A DNA stretch of 64,000 nt from an uncultured Collinsella sp. (lineage in GTDB: Bacteria; Actinomycetota; Coriobacteriia; Coriobacteriales; Coriobacteriaceae): contig UQMO01000001.1 of NCBI GenBank assembly GCA_900542125.1, positions 4,876 to 68,875 of the forward strand. The letters run 5' to 3'. Under the pieces are notes generated by a model that had not been told where the DNA came from, made no database searches, and saw only the letters and a list, made by a program, of their open reading frames with translations. Of this stretch, positions 9,427 through 18,999 are shown one piece after another (the stretch's first letter is position 1; every line of letters begins with the position of its first letter). A program made the translations under genes and the position numbers.

Positions 9427-11754
9427 ATGGCGGATTCTCAGATCCATGTCGCACTTGCGGGTAACCCCAACTGCGGCAAGACCACGCTTTTCAACCTAAT
9501 CACCGGCGCCAACGGTTATGTTGGCAACTGGCCTGGTGTTACGGTTGAGAAAAAGGAAGCCAAGCTCCTGAGTGACAAGAACGTCACCATCACGGACCTT
9601 CCCGGTATCTACTCGCTTTCCCCCTACAGCCCCGAGGAGCAGTGCTCGCGCGACTACCTCATGAGCGGCGAGCCCGATGTCGTCGTCCAGGTTGTCGACG
9701 CCACCAACCTCGAGCGCAACCTGTACCTGGCGCTTCAGGTTATCGAGACCGGCCTGCCCGTGGTCGTTGCCCTCAACATGGCCGACTTGGTCGAGAAGAA
9801 TGGCGACAAGATCGACACGGACAAGCTCTCCAAGAAGCTCGGCTGCCCGGTCACGATGATCTCGGCTCTTAAGAACAAGGGTATCAAGGAGCTGTTCGAG
9901 CAGGTCAAGAAGTCTGCTGCTTCCAAGGGCCAGGTGCCGGAGCACAAGTTCGATTCCTCCATCGAGGACGTTCTGGACCACATCGAAAACAATCTGCCGG
10001 CGAGCGTTCCCGCTAACAAGCGCCGCTATTACGCCGTCAAGCTGTTCGAGCGTGATGCAGACGCCTGCAAACTCATCAACCTCACCAAGGAGAAGGCCGC
10101 TCGCGTGGAGCAGCTGGTCGCTCAGTGCGAGCAGGACTGCGACGATGACGCCGAGTCCATCATCACCGGTGAGCGCTACGGCGTGATCGCACACATCATC
10201 GACGAGTGCCTCACCAAGGCCCCGGCCAAGATGAGCACCTCCGAGAAGATCGACCGTGTGGTTACCAACCGTATCCTGGGCCTGCCGATCTTTGTGGTCA
10301 TCATGTTCTGCGTGTACTACATCGCCGTTTCCACCCTGGGCGGAACGGTGACCGACTTCACCAACGATCAGCTCTTTGGCACCGACGGTTGGTATGTGCT
10401 CGGTCAGGGCCGCGATGCTTACGATGAGGCTGTCGAGGCCGCGGGTGACGACGCCGACTCGGTCGACCCGGCACAGTACGGCCCCTATGTCCCGGGTATC
10501 ACCACCATGGTGCACGACGCCCTCGTGGCGGGTGGCACCGAGGACGGTGGCCTGGTCGATTCGCTGGTCTGCGACGGTATCGTTGGCGGCCTGGGCGCCA
10601 TCTTCGGCTTTGTGCCGCAGATGTTCCTGCTGTTCGTGATGCTGTCCTTCCTGGAGGACTGCGGCTACATGGCCCGCGTCGCCTTTATCATGGACCGCGT
10701 GTTCCGCCGCTTTGGCCTGTCCGGTAAGTCGTTCATCCCCATGCTCGTGTCCTCGGGCTGCGGCGTCCCCGGCGTCATGGCCACCAAGACCATCGAGAAC
10801 GAGAAGGACCGCCGCATGACGGTCATGACCACCACGTTTATTCCCTGTGGTGCCAAACTGCCGATCATCGCCCTGCTCATGGGTTCCATCATCGGCGACT
10901 CTTCCACCACCGCTGCGTGGATCAGCCCGCTCTTCTACTTCCTGGGCGTCTTTGCCGTCATCGCCTCGGGCCTCATGCTCAAGAAGACCAAGCTCTTCGC
11001 CGGTCGCCCGACGCCGTTCGTTATGGAGCTCCCCGCCTACCACTTCCCGGCGATCCGCTCTTGGGCACTGCACGTTTGGGAGCGCTGCTGGGCCTTTATC
11101 AAGAAGGCCGGCACGGTCATCTTCGCGTCCACTGTCGTGGTGTGGTTCCTCTCCAACTTTGGTAGCTACAACGGCACGTTTGGCTTCCTGCCTGCTATGG
11201 AGGGCATCCCCGAGGAGTTCATGGACTACTCCGTGCTTGCCATGCTGGGCAACCTGGTCGCCTGGATCTTCGCCCCGCTCGGCTTTAGCACCTGGCAGGC
11301 AACTGCGCTGACCGTCTCGGGCCTTGTGGCTAAGGAGAACGTCGTCGCAACCGCCGGTTCGCTGCTGTCCGTCGCCGACGCCGGCGAGACTGACCCGAGC
11401 CTGTGGACCGCGTTTGCCGGCATGTTCCCCACCATGGGCGCTTGCGTTGCCTTCGGCGCCTTCAACCTGCTGTGCGCTCCGTGCTTTGCCGCCATTGGCA
11501 CCATCCGCAACCAGATGGATTCCGGCAAGTGGACTGCGATTGCCATTGGCTACGAGTGCGCCTTCGCTTGGGTGATCGGCCTGTTCATCAACCAGTTCTA
11601 CAACCTGCTTGTCCTTGGGCAGTTTGGTATCTGGACGGTTGTGGCCATTGTGCTGCTGGTTGCGATGCTCTTCCAGATTTTCCGTCCCATGCCCAAGCAT
11701 GCATGGACCGATGAGGACGAGACCAACACTGCTTCCGCTGCCATCTCTGCCTAA
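9427..11754 (+). CDS. feoB: Ferrous iron transport protein B
   Basis: GTPase motifs GNPNCGKT, GNWPGVTVE, DLPG and NMAD; membrane domain with GCGVPG and PFVMELP. Confidence 0.97.
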   Translation: MADSQIHVALAGNPNCGKTTLFNLITGANGYVGNWPGVTVEKKEAKLLSDKNVTITDLPGIYSLSPYSPEEQCSRDYLMSGEPDVVVQVVDATNLERNLYLALQVIETGLPVVVALNMADLVEKNGDKIDTDKLSKKLGCPVTMISALKNKGIKELFEQVKKSAASKGQVPEHKFDSSIEDVLDHIENNLPASVPANKRRYYAVKLFERDADACKLINLTKEKAARVEQLVAQCEQDCDDDAESIITGERYGVIAHIIDECLTKAPAKMSTSEKIDRVVTNRILGLPIFVVIMFCVYYIAVSTLGGTVTDFTNDQLFGTDGWYVLGQGRDAYDEAVEAAGDDADSVDPAQYGPYVPGITTMVHDALVAGGTEDGGLVDSLVCDGIVGGLGAIFGFVPQMFLLFVMLSFLEDCGYMARVAFIMDRVFRRFGLSGKSFIPMLVSSGCGVPGVMATKTIENEKDRRMTVMTTTFIPCGAKLPIIALLMGSIIGDSSTTAAWISPLFYFLGVFAVIASGLMLKKTKLFAGRPTPFVMELPAYHFPAIRSWALHVWERCWAFIKKAGTVIFASTVVVWFLSNFGSYNGTFGFLPAMEGIPEEFMDYSVLAMLGNLVAWIFAPLGFSTWQATALTVSGLVAKENVVATAGSLLSVADAGETDPSLWTAFAGMFPTMGACVAFGAFNLLCAPCFAAIGTIRNQMDSGKWTAIAIGYECAFAWVIGLFINQFYNLLVLGQFGIWTVVAIVLLVAMLFQIFRPMPKHAWTDEDETNTASAAISA

Positions 11755-11782
11755 TCCTGATCAAGGTAGCCCCTTTCCATAG

Positions 11783-11815
11783 AGCCCGGGTATCTTTGCG
11801 ATACCCGGGCTTTTT
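11783..11815 (+). terminator. Intrinsic terminator after feoB
   Basis: AGCCCGGGTATC-TTTGC-GATACCCGGGCT followed by TTTT. Confidence 0.8.
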
Positions 11816-11928
11816 GGTGGGAGAGATGTGGCGTTTCCGCAGATAAAACCGACCAAAATAAACCTGTCCCTTTTTGGTAGGTTGAGAATGGGGTAAAGTA
11901 AGTGGTGGTTAACTAGAGGAGGCTTGCT

Positions 11929-12129
11929 ATGGCACCTATCGATATTGTTGTACTGGCTGTTATCGGTATTGCGTTTGTCGCGGTATGCGTGCGCATCTAC
12001 CGCAAGGGCACCTGCGCCGACTGCGCTCAGGGTGGCGTTTGCACCGGGCATTGCTCCAACAAAAAGACCTGTGCCGCGCTGAAAGGCGTCGACAAAATCG
12101 CCGAAGACCTGGGCCGCGGTATCCATTAG
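11929..12129 (+). CDS. FeoB-associated Cys-rich membrane protein
   Basis: N-terminal TM helix then CADC...CTGHC...C; RBS GAGGAGG; follows feoB. Confidence 0.8.
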   Translation: MAPIDIVVLAVIGIAFVAVCVRIYRKGTCADCAQGGVCTGHCSNKKTCAALKGVDKIAEDLGRGIH

Positions 12130-12231
12130 CCGACCGGCGTTTGGGCATGTTTGACTGCGGACGCGGCGGTTTCTGATACGATAAGTACGTTAGCAACTGC
12201 CGCCGAGCGGCTCAAACGAAAGGAAGCCTGT

Positions 12232-14181
12232 ATGGAGTCCTCTGCCTACCCGATGCTCTTTAGCCCGATCAAGGTCGGTACAACCGAGGTCAAGAACCGC
12301 GTCTTTATGCCGCCGGTGTCCACCAACCTGGCCGATCATGGCTATGTGACCGACGACTTGGTCGATCATTACCGTGCCCGCGCCAAGGGCGGCGTGGGCC
12401 TCATCATTACCGAGGTCGTGACGGTCGAGCCCACCTACACCTATCTGCCGGGTGACATGTGCTGCTACGACGACACGTTTATCCCCGGCTGGGAAAAGCT
12501 CGCCGCGGCCGTCCACGAGTATGGCTGCAAGATCATGCCGCAGCTCTTCCACCCCGCCTACATGGCCTTTAACATTCCGGGCACGCCGCGCCTGATCGCT
12601 CCGTCCTTTGTGGGTCCGTCCTATGCCCGCGAGGCGCCGCGCCCCATTACGGTGGATGAGATCCACGAGCTCACGCATCAGTTCGGTGACGCTGCCGTGC
12701 GCATGCAGAAGGCCGGTGTCGATGGCGTCGAGGTCCATGCGGCGCACGCCCACGGCATGCTCGGCGGCTTTTTAACTCCGCTCTACAACAAACGCACCGA
12801 TGAGTATGGCGGCTCGCTCGACGCCCGCATGCGCTTCTTGCTCGAGGTTATCGCCGAGATTCGCGAGCGCTGCGGCAAGGACTTTATCATCGACGTCCGC
12901 ATTTCGGGCGATGAGTACACCGATGGCGGCCTGACCCTCAACGACATGATCTACGTCTCGCGTCGCCTGGAGAAGGCCGGTGTCGACATGATTCATGTGT
13001 CGGGCGGTACCACCATCAAGCGCGGCTCCGCGATTCCCGCTGCCGGTACCCAGCAGGCCTCGCACGCCGCCTGCTCGCGCGAGATTAAAAAGCACGTCAA
13101 CATTCCCGTTGCCACCGTCGGCCGCATCAACGAGGCCTGGATCGCCGAGGAGCTGATCGAGGACGGCGCTGCCGACATCTGCATGATGGGCCGCGCCAAT
13201 CTGTGCGATGCCGAGTTCTGCAATAAGGCCGCTGCCGGCAACGCCGACGACATCCGCCCCTGCATTGGCTGCCTGCGCTGCCTGAACGGCATTATGTTTG
13301 GCAAGCGCATCTCCTGCACCGTCAACCCCGATGTTGAGCGCGACGAGGCCGGCTACGAGCCTGCCGCCGAGGCCAAGAACGTACTGGTTGTGGGCGCTGG
13401 TCCTGCGGGCATGGAGGCAGCCTACATTGCCGCCAAGCGCGGCCATAACGTGGTGCTCGTGGATAAGCAGGATGAGCCGGGCGGCGAGATGCGCATCGCG
13501 GCCGTTCCGCCGGCAAAGCAGGAACTCACCCGCGTGATCAAGTATCAGTACCGTCGTCTGGCCGAGGCGGGCGTGAAGTGCATATTTGGCACCGAGCTTA
13601 CTGCCGAGGACATTCAGCGCGACTATGCCGGCTATGAGGTCGTCCTGGCTTATGGCGCCGAGCCCATCGCTCCGGCCTTCATGCAGGGCTTTAAGCAGGT
13701 TATGACGGCTGACGACCTGCTGGGCGGCAACGCCTTCCCGGGCAAGAAGATCGTCATCGTCGGCGGCGGTACCGTCGGCTGCGAGACTGCCGACTATCTG
13801 GCTCCGCTGGTCAACGACCTGTCGCCGGCCAATCGCGATGTCACCGTCATCGAGATGACCAAGACGCTCGCTGCCAACGAGGGCGGCGCCGGCCGCGCGG
13901 TGCTCATCACGCGCATGCTTTCCAAGGGCGTTCACGTGCTGACCGAGGCCAAGGTAACCGAGATTACCGAGGACACCATCAGCTACGAAAAAGATGGCGA
14001 GATCCACACTATCGCCGATGCCGATACGCTGGTGCTTGCCATGGGCTATCGTCCCAACACCAAGCTGGCCGACGACCTGGCCGCTGCCGGTGTTGCCACC
14101 CACGTGCTGGGCGACGCCCAGAAGTGCGGCAGCATCCGCGATGCCATCGGCGATGGCTACAAGGTTGCCTGCGAGCTCTAG
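12232..14181 (+). CDS. NADH:flavin oxidoreductase (old yellow enzyme family, Fe-S and FAD domains)
   Basis: LFSPIK..KNR, NKRTDEYGGS, CIGCLRC...C cluster motif, VVGAGPAG and IVGGG; RBS GAAAGGAAG. Confidence 0.9.
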   Translation: MESSAYPMLFSPIKVGTTEVKNRVFMPPVSTNLADHGYVTDDLVDHYRARAKGGVGLIITEVVTVEPTYTYLPGDMCCYDDTFIPGWEKLAAAVHEYGCKIMPQLFHPAYMAFNIPGTPRLIAPSFVGPSYAREAPRPITVDEIHELTHQFGDAAVRMQKAGVDGVEVHAAHAHGMLGGFLTPLYNKRTDEYGGSLDARMRFLLEVIAEIRERCGKDFIIDVRISGDEYTDGGLTLNDMIYVSRRLEKAGVDMIHVSGGTTIKRGSAIPAAGTQQASHAACSREIKKHVNIPVATVGRINEAWIAEELIEDGAADICMMGRANLCDAEFCNKAAAGNADDIRPCIGCLRCLNGIMFGKRISCTVNPDVERDEAGYEPAAEAKNVLVVGAGPAGMEAAYIAAKRGHNVVLVDKQDEPGGEMRIAAVPPAKQELTRVIKYQYRRLAEAGVKCIFGTELTAEDIQRDYAGYEVVLAYGAEPIAPAFMQGFKQVMTADDLLGGNAFPGKKIVIVGGGTVGCETADYLAPLVNDLSPANRDVTVIEMTKTLAANEGGAGRAVLITRMLSKGVHVLTEAKVTEITEDTISYEKDGEIHTIADADTLVLAMGYRPNTKLADDLAAAGVATHVLGDAQKCGSIRDAIGDGYKVACEL

Positions 14182-14387
14182 TCAACCCCTTGTTGCGTGG
14201 GGGCAGGTTACTTTGCACCAACTTGGCGCATGTAAACCTGGCCCCATTGACGAGGTTTCCGCCATCCCAGGGCGGCTACATGGAGTAGCGCCCGTGCGCA
14301 TCGATTCCCTCTCATAGATGTGCGGCACAAAGAACCCCGAGCTCACACGAGCTCGGGGCCTTTTTCGTCTGGATTGGGGACGCATAG

Positions 14388-14515
14388 CCGGACGAAAGCG
14401 TGTTGCGTTTGGCGTAAAACCATACGAAAGTGCAATTTGCGTCTTATTTCCGAACGTAAAACAGACGAAAACCGTTTACGTCTGCTTTAAATCCGTACGA
14501 AAACGGTTTTCGTCT
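14388..14515. repeat. Degenerate array of short ACGAAA...CGT dyads
   Basis: e.g. AGACGAAAACCGTTTACGTCT and GTACGAAAACGGTTTTCGTCT, plus weaker units upstream. Confidence 0.55.
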
Positions 14516-14534
14516 TGCAGGGCAGTTGCCGTTT

Positions 14535-15626
14535 CTACAGTTCAGCTTCCAGTTCGGCTTTGTGTTCGTTGAGGTAGTCGCGCATGTAGGGGATGGCAAA
14601 TGAGACCTTGCCGTACGAGGGCGCCTCAATGATCGACTCTCTCAGCAGACGACTGCGGATGGAACTTACCTGTTGAGGTGTCTTGTTTAAGTCATCGGCA
14701 ACCATGCTGGTCGAGCTCGTCTGCCCCAAAGACGCCATGCTCAGCAGATAAGCGATGCACGTGGGCGGAATGCGCTGCAGCGCGGGCTCAATCACCATGC
14801 CGCAGAAGCGTTCGCGTGCCGTTGCAATGCCACGCTCGGCTTCTTCTTCTCCAATAATCGCTGTATGTGCGCGTCTTGCCAACTGCCATGCGTAGTATCC
14901 AACGAGTTGGATCATGAAAGGATAACCTTGCGTTGCCTCGGCAAGTTGGCCGGCAATACCTGGCTGCGACTCCATGCCAGACGCTTCAATGGTTTCCTCG
15001 AGGGAGTACGACACTTCGGTTACTGCCACAGCCTTCAGATCAAAGGGGAGGGCACGGCGCAAAAACGCAAGTGTCTTTCCGTTGATGATGCTTTCAATCA
15101 TCGAAGGCAGCCCAGCAAAAACAAAGGCGATATCAAGGTCTTCGCCGATAACCTGCTGAATCGCAATGGAGAGCGTTCGGACCTCATCGAGCTCTGCGTC
15201 TTGAACCTCGTCGAGAGTGATGAGCAGGCCGTTTCCATTCTTGGATATTGTCTGTCTCATGGCGTCGCGTAGCGATGGGCCGATTCGCTCAATATCTATG
15301 CTGCCGATGGATATGCCAGCTACGGTGGGCTCAAATCTGGCGTGTTTGGCCTGGAATTTGGGCTGCAGCTGTTCGAGAATGCGCTGGCAAAGTCCCTCGG
15401 TTGCGACCTCTTTTATGACCGTCCAGCCATGGCTTTGCGCCAAACGTGAGCACTCGTCAAGGAGGACCGTCTTGCCCGTTCCACGGACGCCGGCTATGCG
15501 CATTAGGCGCCCCGGGGCACCAGGCCCGTTGACGAGGCCCTCATTGAATTCTTCGAGCACATCTTCGCGGCCGATAATCGTGGGAGGTGTTTTACCTGCT
15601 GTGGGCTTAAAAGGGTTTGTTTGCAT
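14535..15626 (-). CDS. P-loop (AAA-type) ATPase with probable C-terminal winged HTH
   Basis: NPFKP..IIGRE start, Walker A GVRGTGKT, Walker B ITLDEVQ, GYPFMIQ motif, C-terminal ...RSRLLRESII...GKVSF. Confidence 0.85.
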   Translation of the reverse strand: MQTNPFKPTAGKTPPTIIGREDVLEEFNEGLVNGPGAPGRLMRIAGVRGTGKTVLLDECSRLAQSHGWTVIKEVATEGLCQRILEQLQPKFQAKHARFEPTVAGISIGSIDIERIGPSLRDAMRQTISKNGNGLLITLDEVQDAELDEVRTLSIAIQQVIGEDLDIAFVFAGLPSMIESIINGKTLAFLRRALPFDLKAVAVTEVSYSLEETIEASGMESQPGIAGQLAEATQGYPFMIQLVGYYAWQLARRAHTAIIGEEEAERGIATARERFCGMVIEPALQRIPPTCIAYLLSMASLGQTSSTSMVADDLNKTPQQVSSIRSRLLRESIIEAPSYGKVSFAIPYMRDYLNEHKAELEAEL

Positions 15627-15642
15627 GTGAGCCACCTTTGCT

Positions 15643-15710
15643 CAAGATATAGCAAGATATAGCAAAGTATAGCAAGATATAGCAAAGTATAGTGAGATAT
15701 AGCAAAGTAA
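15643..15710. repeat. 10-bp tandem repeat (about 7 copies, CAAGATATAG/CAAAGTATAG)
   Basis: Directly visible period-10 array just upstream of the ATPase RBS. Confidence 0.9.
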
Positions 15711-15833
15711 GCGCTACTTGCGGGTTTTGCGGTGGTGCTATTTTCCAAATGCCGCGCGGATAAAGCGCTGGGCGAACAGCTTGTTGGCAACTCACGAGGG
15801 CTCGGGGTGCCAATTTGGGATGGAGTAGTGCTG

Positions 15834-15995
15834 TGCCACGAATAGGGCCTATCTACTACGTTTAAGCCGCAGGGGTCAACCATAGTCGGCTTTTTCGAAA
15901 ATCGACAAGCTGTCTACCTGCGGTTTTGTTTTCACGGTTTTCGGTATGGTCGAGGCTATCCGTGTTAACGTAGTAGATAGGCCACTTTTGTGGCA
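15834..15995. repeat. 162-bp element with terminal inverted repeats
   Basis: Perfect 17-bp core GGCCTATCTACTACGTT (15846-15862) / AACGTAGTAGATAGGCC (15967-15983), extending to TGCCAC / GTGGCA. Confidence 0.75.
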
Positions 15996-16128
15996 AGGGG
16001 GCCGATCTGCGGGTCAGGGTAGCCAAAAGAACCCCGTCCCAAAAAGACTGATTGGGAGCTGGGGCGTGTCGATGCGATAGTATTACGTGGTGATATTCGA
16101 CAAACCGTGAGCTTCATCCGAGGGCTTT

Positions 16129-16821
16129 ATGGAACAACACCAGCATTATCAGAGCTTGCAAGATCAGGCGTACAACGCATTGCGCTCCAAGATTATCTAT
16201 GCCGAGCTCAAGCCCGGCACGCGCCTTTCGGCGATTGGTCTGGAAAAGGAGACGGGAATCGGGCGCACGCCCATTCGCGAATCCTTTGTGCGCCTGCGTG
16301 AGCAGGAGCTGGTGGAAACGCGTCCCAAAAGCGGCACCTACGTCTCTAAGATCAGCATGGAACGCGCCGAAAACGCCTGCTTTTTGCGCGAGAAGCTCGA
16401 GAGAAGCGTGCTTATTAAATGCTGTTCGGCCGCCTCGCCCGAGCAAAAGCAGCGGCTTGAGCAGATTCTTACCGAGTCCGAGTCGCTCGACCATGGCGAA
16501 ACGCGCCGTTTCTTTGACCTGGATAACCTGTTCCATGAGACATGTTTTGAAATTGCCGGTCGTCACATGTTGTGGGATTGGATGAAGAGCATCAACACGC
16601 ATTTTGAGCGATACAACTGGTTGCGTATGGTGTCGCAGGATCTGGATTGGGAGCCGATTCGTCGGCAGCATCGCCGGATTCTCGAGGCCATTAAGAGGGG
16701 CGATACCGATGCGGCGAGTTATCTGGCAGAGACGCACTTGCACCTGATGCCCGAGGAGCAGGGCCCGGTTATCGCCTTGCATCCCGACTATTTTGAGCTG
16801 CCTAAAGACTCGTCTATCTAG
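16129..16821 (+). CDS. GntR family regulator (FCD type)
   Basis: LKPGTRLS...GRTPIRE...PKSGTYV HTH; DNLFH and QHRRI motifs. Confidence 0.92.
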   Translation: MEQHQHYQSLQDQAYNALRSKIIYAELKPGTRLSAIGLEKETGIGRTPIRESFVRLREQELVETRPKSGTYVSKISMERAENACFLREKLERSVLIKCCSAASPEQKQRLEQILTESESLDHGETRRFFDLDNLFHETCFEIAGRHMLWDWMKSINTHFERYNWLRMVSQDLDWEPIRRQHRRILEAIKRGDTDAASYLAETHLHLMPEEQGPVIALHPDYFELPKDSSI

Positions 16822-16947
16822 CCCATCATCGCATCTGCTCGAGACGCAAAAAACGACGCTGCTCACCTACAGCGTTTTGCAAGCGAGATTTTTAAAAAAA
16901 TGCCTAAAATGGCTCAGGCTGCCGACAATGGGGAAACGGGGTGCGCC

Positions 16948-17970
16948 ATGGCGCAGATGAGAATCAAGGACATTGCCGCCGAGGCGGGCGTGAGCCCGGC
17001 CACGGTCTCGCGCTATCTCAACAACCGCCCCGGGCAGATGACCGAGGAAACCCGCGCTCGCATCGCGGCGGTTATCGAGCGCACCGGCTATCGCCCACGT
17101 GCTGCCGCGCGCAATCTGCGCAGCTCGCGCACCAACCTCATCGGTGTGATCCTGGCCGACATCGCCAACCCGTTCTCGAGCGCCATGCTCGAGGGCCTTT
17201 CCGCCAGTGCCGCCGCGCGCGGCTGCTCGCTCATGACGGCCATTAGCGGCAACGATCCCGCCAAGGAGGCCGAGTCGCTCACCAGACTTATCGATGCCGG
17301 CGTGGACGGCCTGGTCGTCAACACCTGCGGAGGCAACGACAAGGCGATCGCCGCGGCCGCGGGGCGCCTGCCCGTTGTGCTGCTCGACCGCGACGTTGCC
17401 GACGGCGGTGTCGATCTGGTGACATCTAACAACCGTGAGCTGGTCGCCGGCCTGGTAGACGCCTTGACCGCCGCTGGCAGCGAGCGCCTGTGCCTGCTCA
17501 CCGAGGCGAGCGACGACAGCCCCGTGCGTCGCGAGCGCGCCGAGGCCTTTACCGACGAGCTGTCGCGACGCGGCCTTGCCGGCGAGGTTGTCACCTTGGC
17601 CGATGGCGGTGCCACGGGCGTTGGTCGCTTGGACGAGACCATCCGCGGCTATGCAGGCAAAAAGCTCGGCCTCATTGCCGTCAACGGCCTAGTTTTCCTG
17701 CGTCTGACCGAGGCGCTGGCGCAGCTTGGTCCCTCGCTGCCGGCGGGGCTCAAGATCGCGACGTTTGACGACTACCCTTGGAACCATGTGCTCTTTGGCG
17801 GCGTCACCACGGCCGCGCAGGATACCCTCACCATTGCCGAGCGCGTGGTCGAGCGCCTGTCCGAGCGTATCGACGTCGTTACCACCACCGTGGGCGAGGC
17901 CGCAAAGCTGGCGCCCAAACGCATCGAGATCCCCGGCCACATCGAACACCGCGCCTCGACCTCGCGCTAG
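16948..17970 (+). CDS. LacI family transcriptional regulator
   Basis: IKDIAAEAGVSPATVSRYLN HTH, IGVILADIANPF, FDD. Confidence 0.93.
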   Translation: MAQMRIKDIAAEAGVSPATVSRYLNNRPGQMTEETRARIAAVIERTGYRPRAAARNLRSSRTNLIGVILADIANPFSSAMLEGLSASAAARGCSLMTAISGNDPAKEAESLTRLIDAGVDGLVVNTCGGNDKAIAAAAGRLPVVLLDRDVADGGVDLVTSNNRELVAGLVDALTAAGSERLCLLTEASDDSPVRRERAEAFTDELSRRGLAGEVVTLADGGATGVGRLDETIRGYAGKKLGLIAVNGLVFLRLTEALAQLGPSLPAGLKIATFDDYPWNHVLFGGVTTAAQDTLTIAERVVERLSERIDVVTTTVGEAAKLAPKRIEIPGHIEHRASTSR

Positions 17971-18012
17971 TCTGTGTGATAATATATAGACAATGTCATA
18001 CAGGAGGTATCC

Positions 18013-18507
18013 ATGGCTGCGTCTGTGCTGAGTGTGCGAGTGGACTCGTCAATTAAAGACTCATTTGCCGAGCTGTGCGAAGAACTTGGCATGACTTCGT
18101 CTGTTGCGGTCAATATGTTTATGAGACAGATGCTGCGCGAGCGTTCGCTGCCGTTTGTTCCTTCACTTGGTAAAAGCTCTGCGAGCGAAAGCGCCGCGGC
18201 GGGCATTTTGGATACTGCCCAGATTGAGTCCGCCGTCTGCGAGGCGGCCAGCTCGATTCCCGCCATCAAAACCGTGATTCTTTTTGGTTCGTATGCCCGG
18301 GGCGAGGCGCATGTCGATAGTGATATTGACTTGCGTCTCGAAGTCGATCGCGAGCAGGGCTTTGGTCTTTTCGCGCTGTCGGCATTTGGCGAGGCGGTGC
18401 GCAAAGAAACCGGGAGGCAGGTTGATCTCGTCTCGAGCGACCATCTTGATGACGATCTTGCCGCGGTAATCGAGCGCGAAGGAGTGATCCTTTATGATCG
18501 CGCGTAA
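18013..18507 (+). CDS. RelB/DinJ-like domain fused to minimal nucleotidyltransferase (MntA-like antitoxin)
   Basis: N-terminal LSVRVD..IK...LGMTSSVAVNMF..LPF; C-terminal LFGSYARG...SDIDL...VDLV. Confidence 0.85.
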   Translation: MAASVLSVRVDSSIKDSFAELCEELGMTSSVAVNMFMRQMLRERSLPFVPSLGKSSASESAAAGILDTAQIESAVCEAASSIPAIKTVILFGSYARGEAHVDSDIDLRLEVDREQGFGLFALSAFGEAVRKETGRQVDLVSSDHLDDDLAAVIEREGVILYDRA

Positions 18508-18865
18508 GTCAGACGGTCTCCGCGCCCAAGAGGTTTTGGAGGCCATCTCCGAAACGAACGAGCGCATCAAGGCTTTTGATATCACCGAGGACCAGTTTCT
18601 GCATGCGAATGACGTACGGACGAGGGCGTTGGCGGACTCCCTTTTGATGTGTGCGCTTAGGGTGACGGAAGAAGCGGGCAAATTGTCGGAACGCTCGCAG
18701 CGGCTTCATCCCGAAATCGAATGGCGTGGAATTGTCGGCATGAGAAATTATCTTGCGCATGATTACGGCAATGTCGACCGCTCGGTTGTTTGGGATGCGG
18801 TGACGATGGAGTTCCCCACGCTGGAACGAGCCTGTAGACAAATTGTCTCCGAATCTGAACGCTAG
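18494..18865 (+). CDS. HEPN (HepT/DUF86-like) ribonuclease toxin
   Basis: RX4HXY motif (RNYLAHDY) and PEIEW; overlaps the MNT gene. Confidence 0.88.
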   Translation: MIARKSDGLRAQEVLEAISETNERIKAFDITEDQFLHANDVRTRALADSLLMCALRVTEEAGKLSERSQRLHPEIEWRGIVGMRNYLAHDYGNVDRSVVWDAVTMEFPTLERACRQIVSESER

Positions 18866-18918
18866 CCGCTCGTTCGCAACTGCCTGTTCGCGCACGTTTT
18901 TTGAGCGCTTGATACGCT

Positions 18919-18934
18919 TTAACCCTGCGGAAAC
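18919..18934 (+). promoter_or_regulatory. Candidate GlnR box
   Basis: TTAAC-CCTGCG-GAAAC matches the actinobacterial GlnR consensus (gTnAc-N6-GaAAc), 65 bp before the GS-like gene. Confidence 0.55.
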
Positions 18935-18999
18935 ATTTTTCTGCGATAGTATCTGCGATATAGACCAGTCGAAACCCGCCCGAAAGAAAGGGGAGCGAC

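Noticed and set aside
12232..14181. Assignment as bilirubin reductase BilR or BaiCD/BaiH
   Set aside because: The active-site motif (HAAHAH) matches neither HGDR nor H-x-Y types; cannot name it without a search.
15643..15710. Plasmid replication iterons
   Set aside because: No Rep protein or other plasmid genes; chromosomal context.
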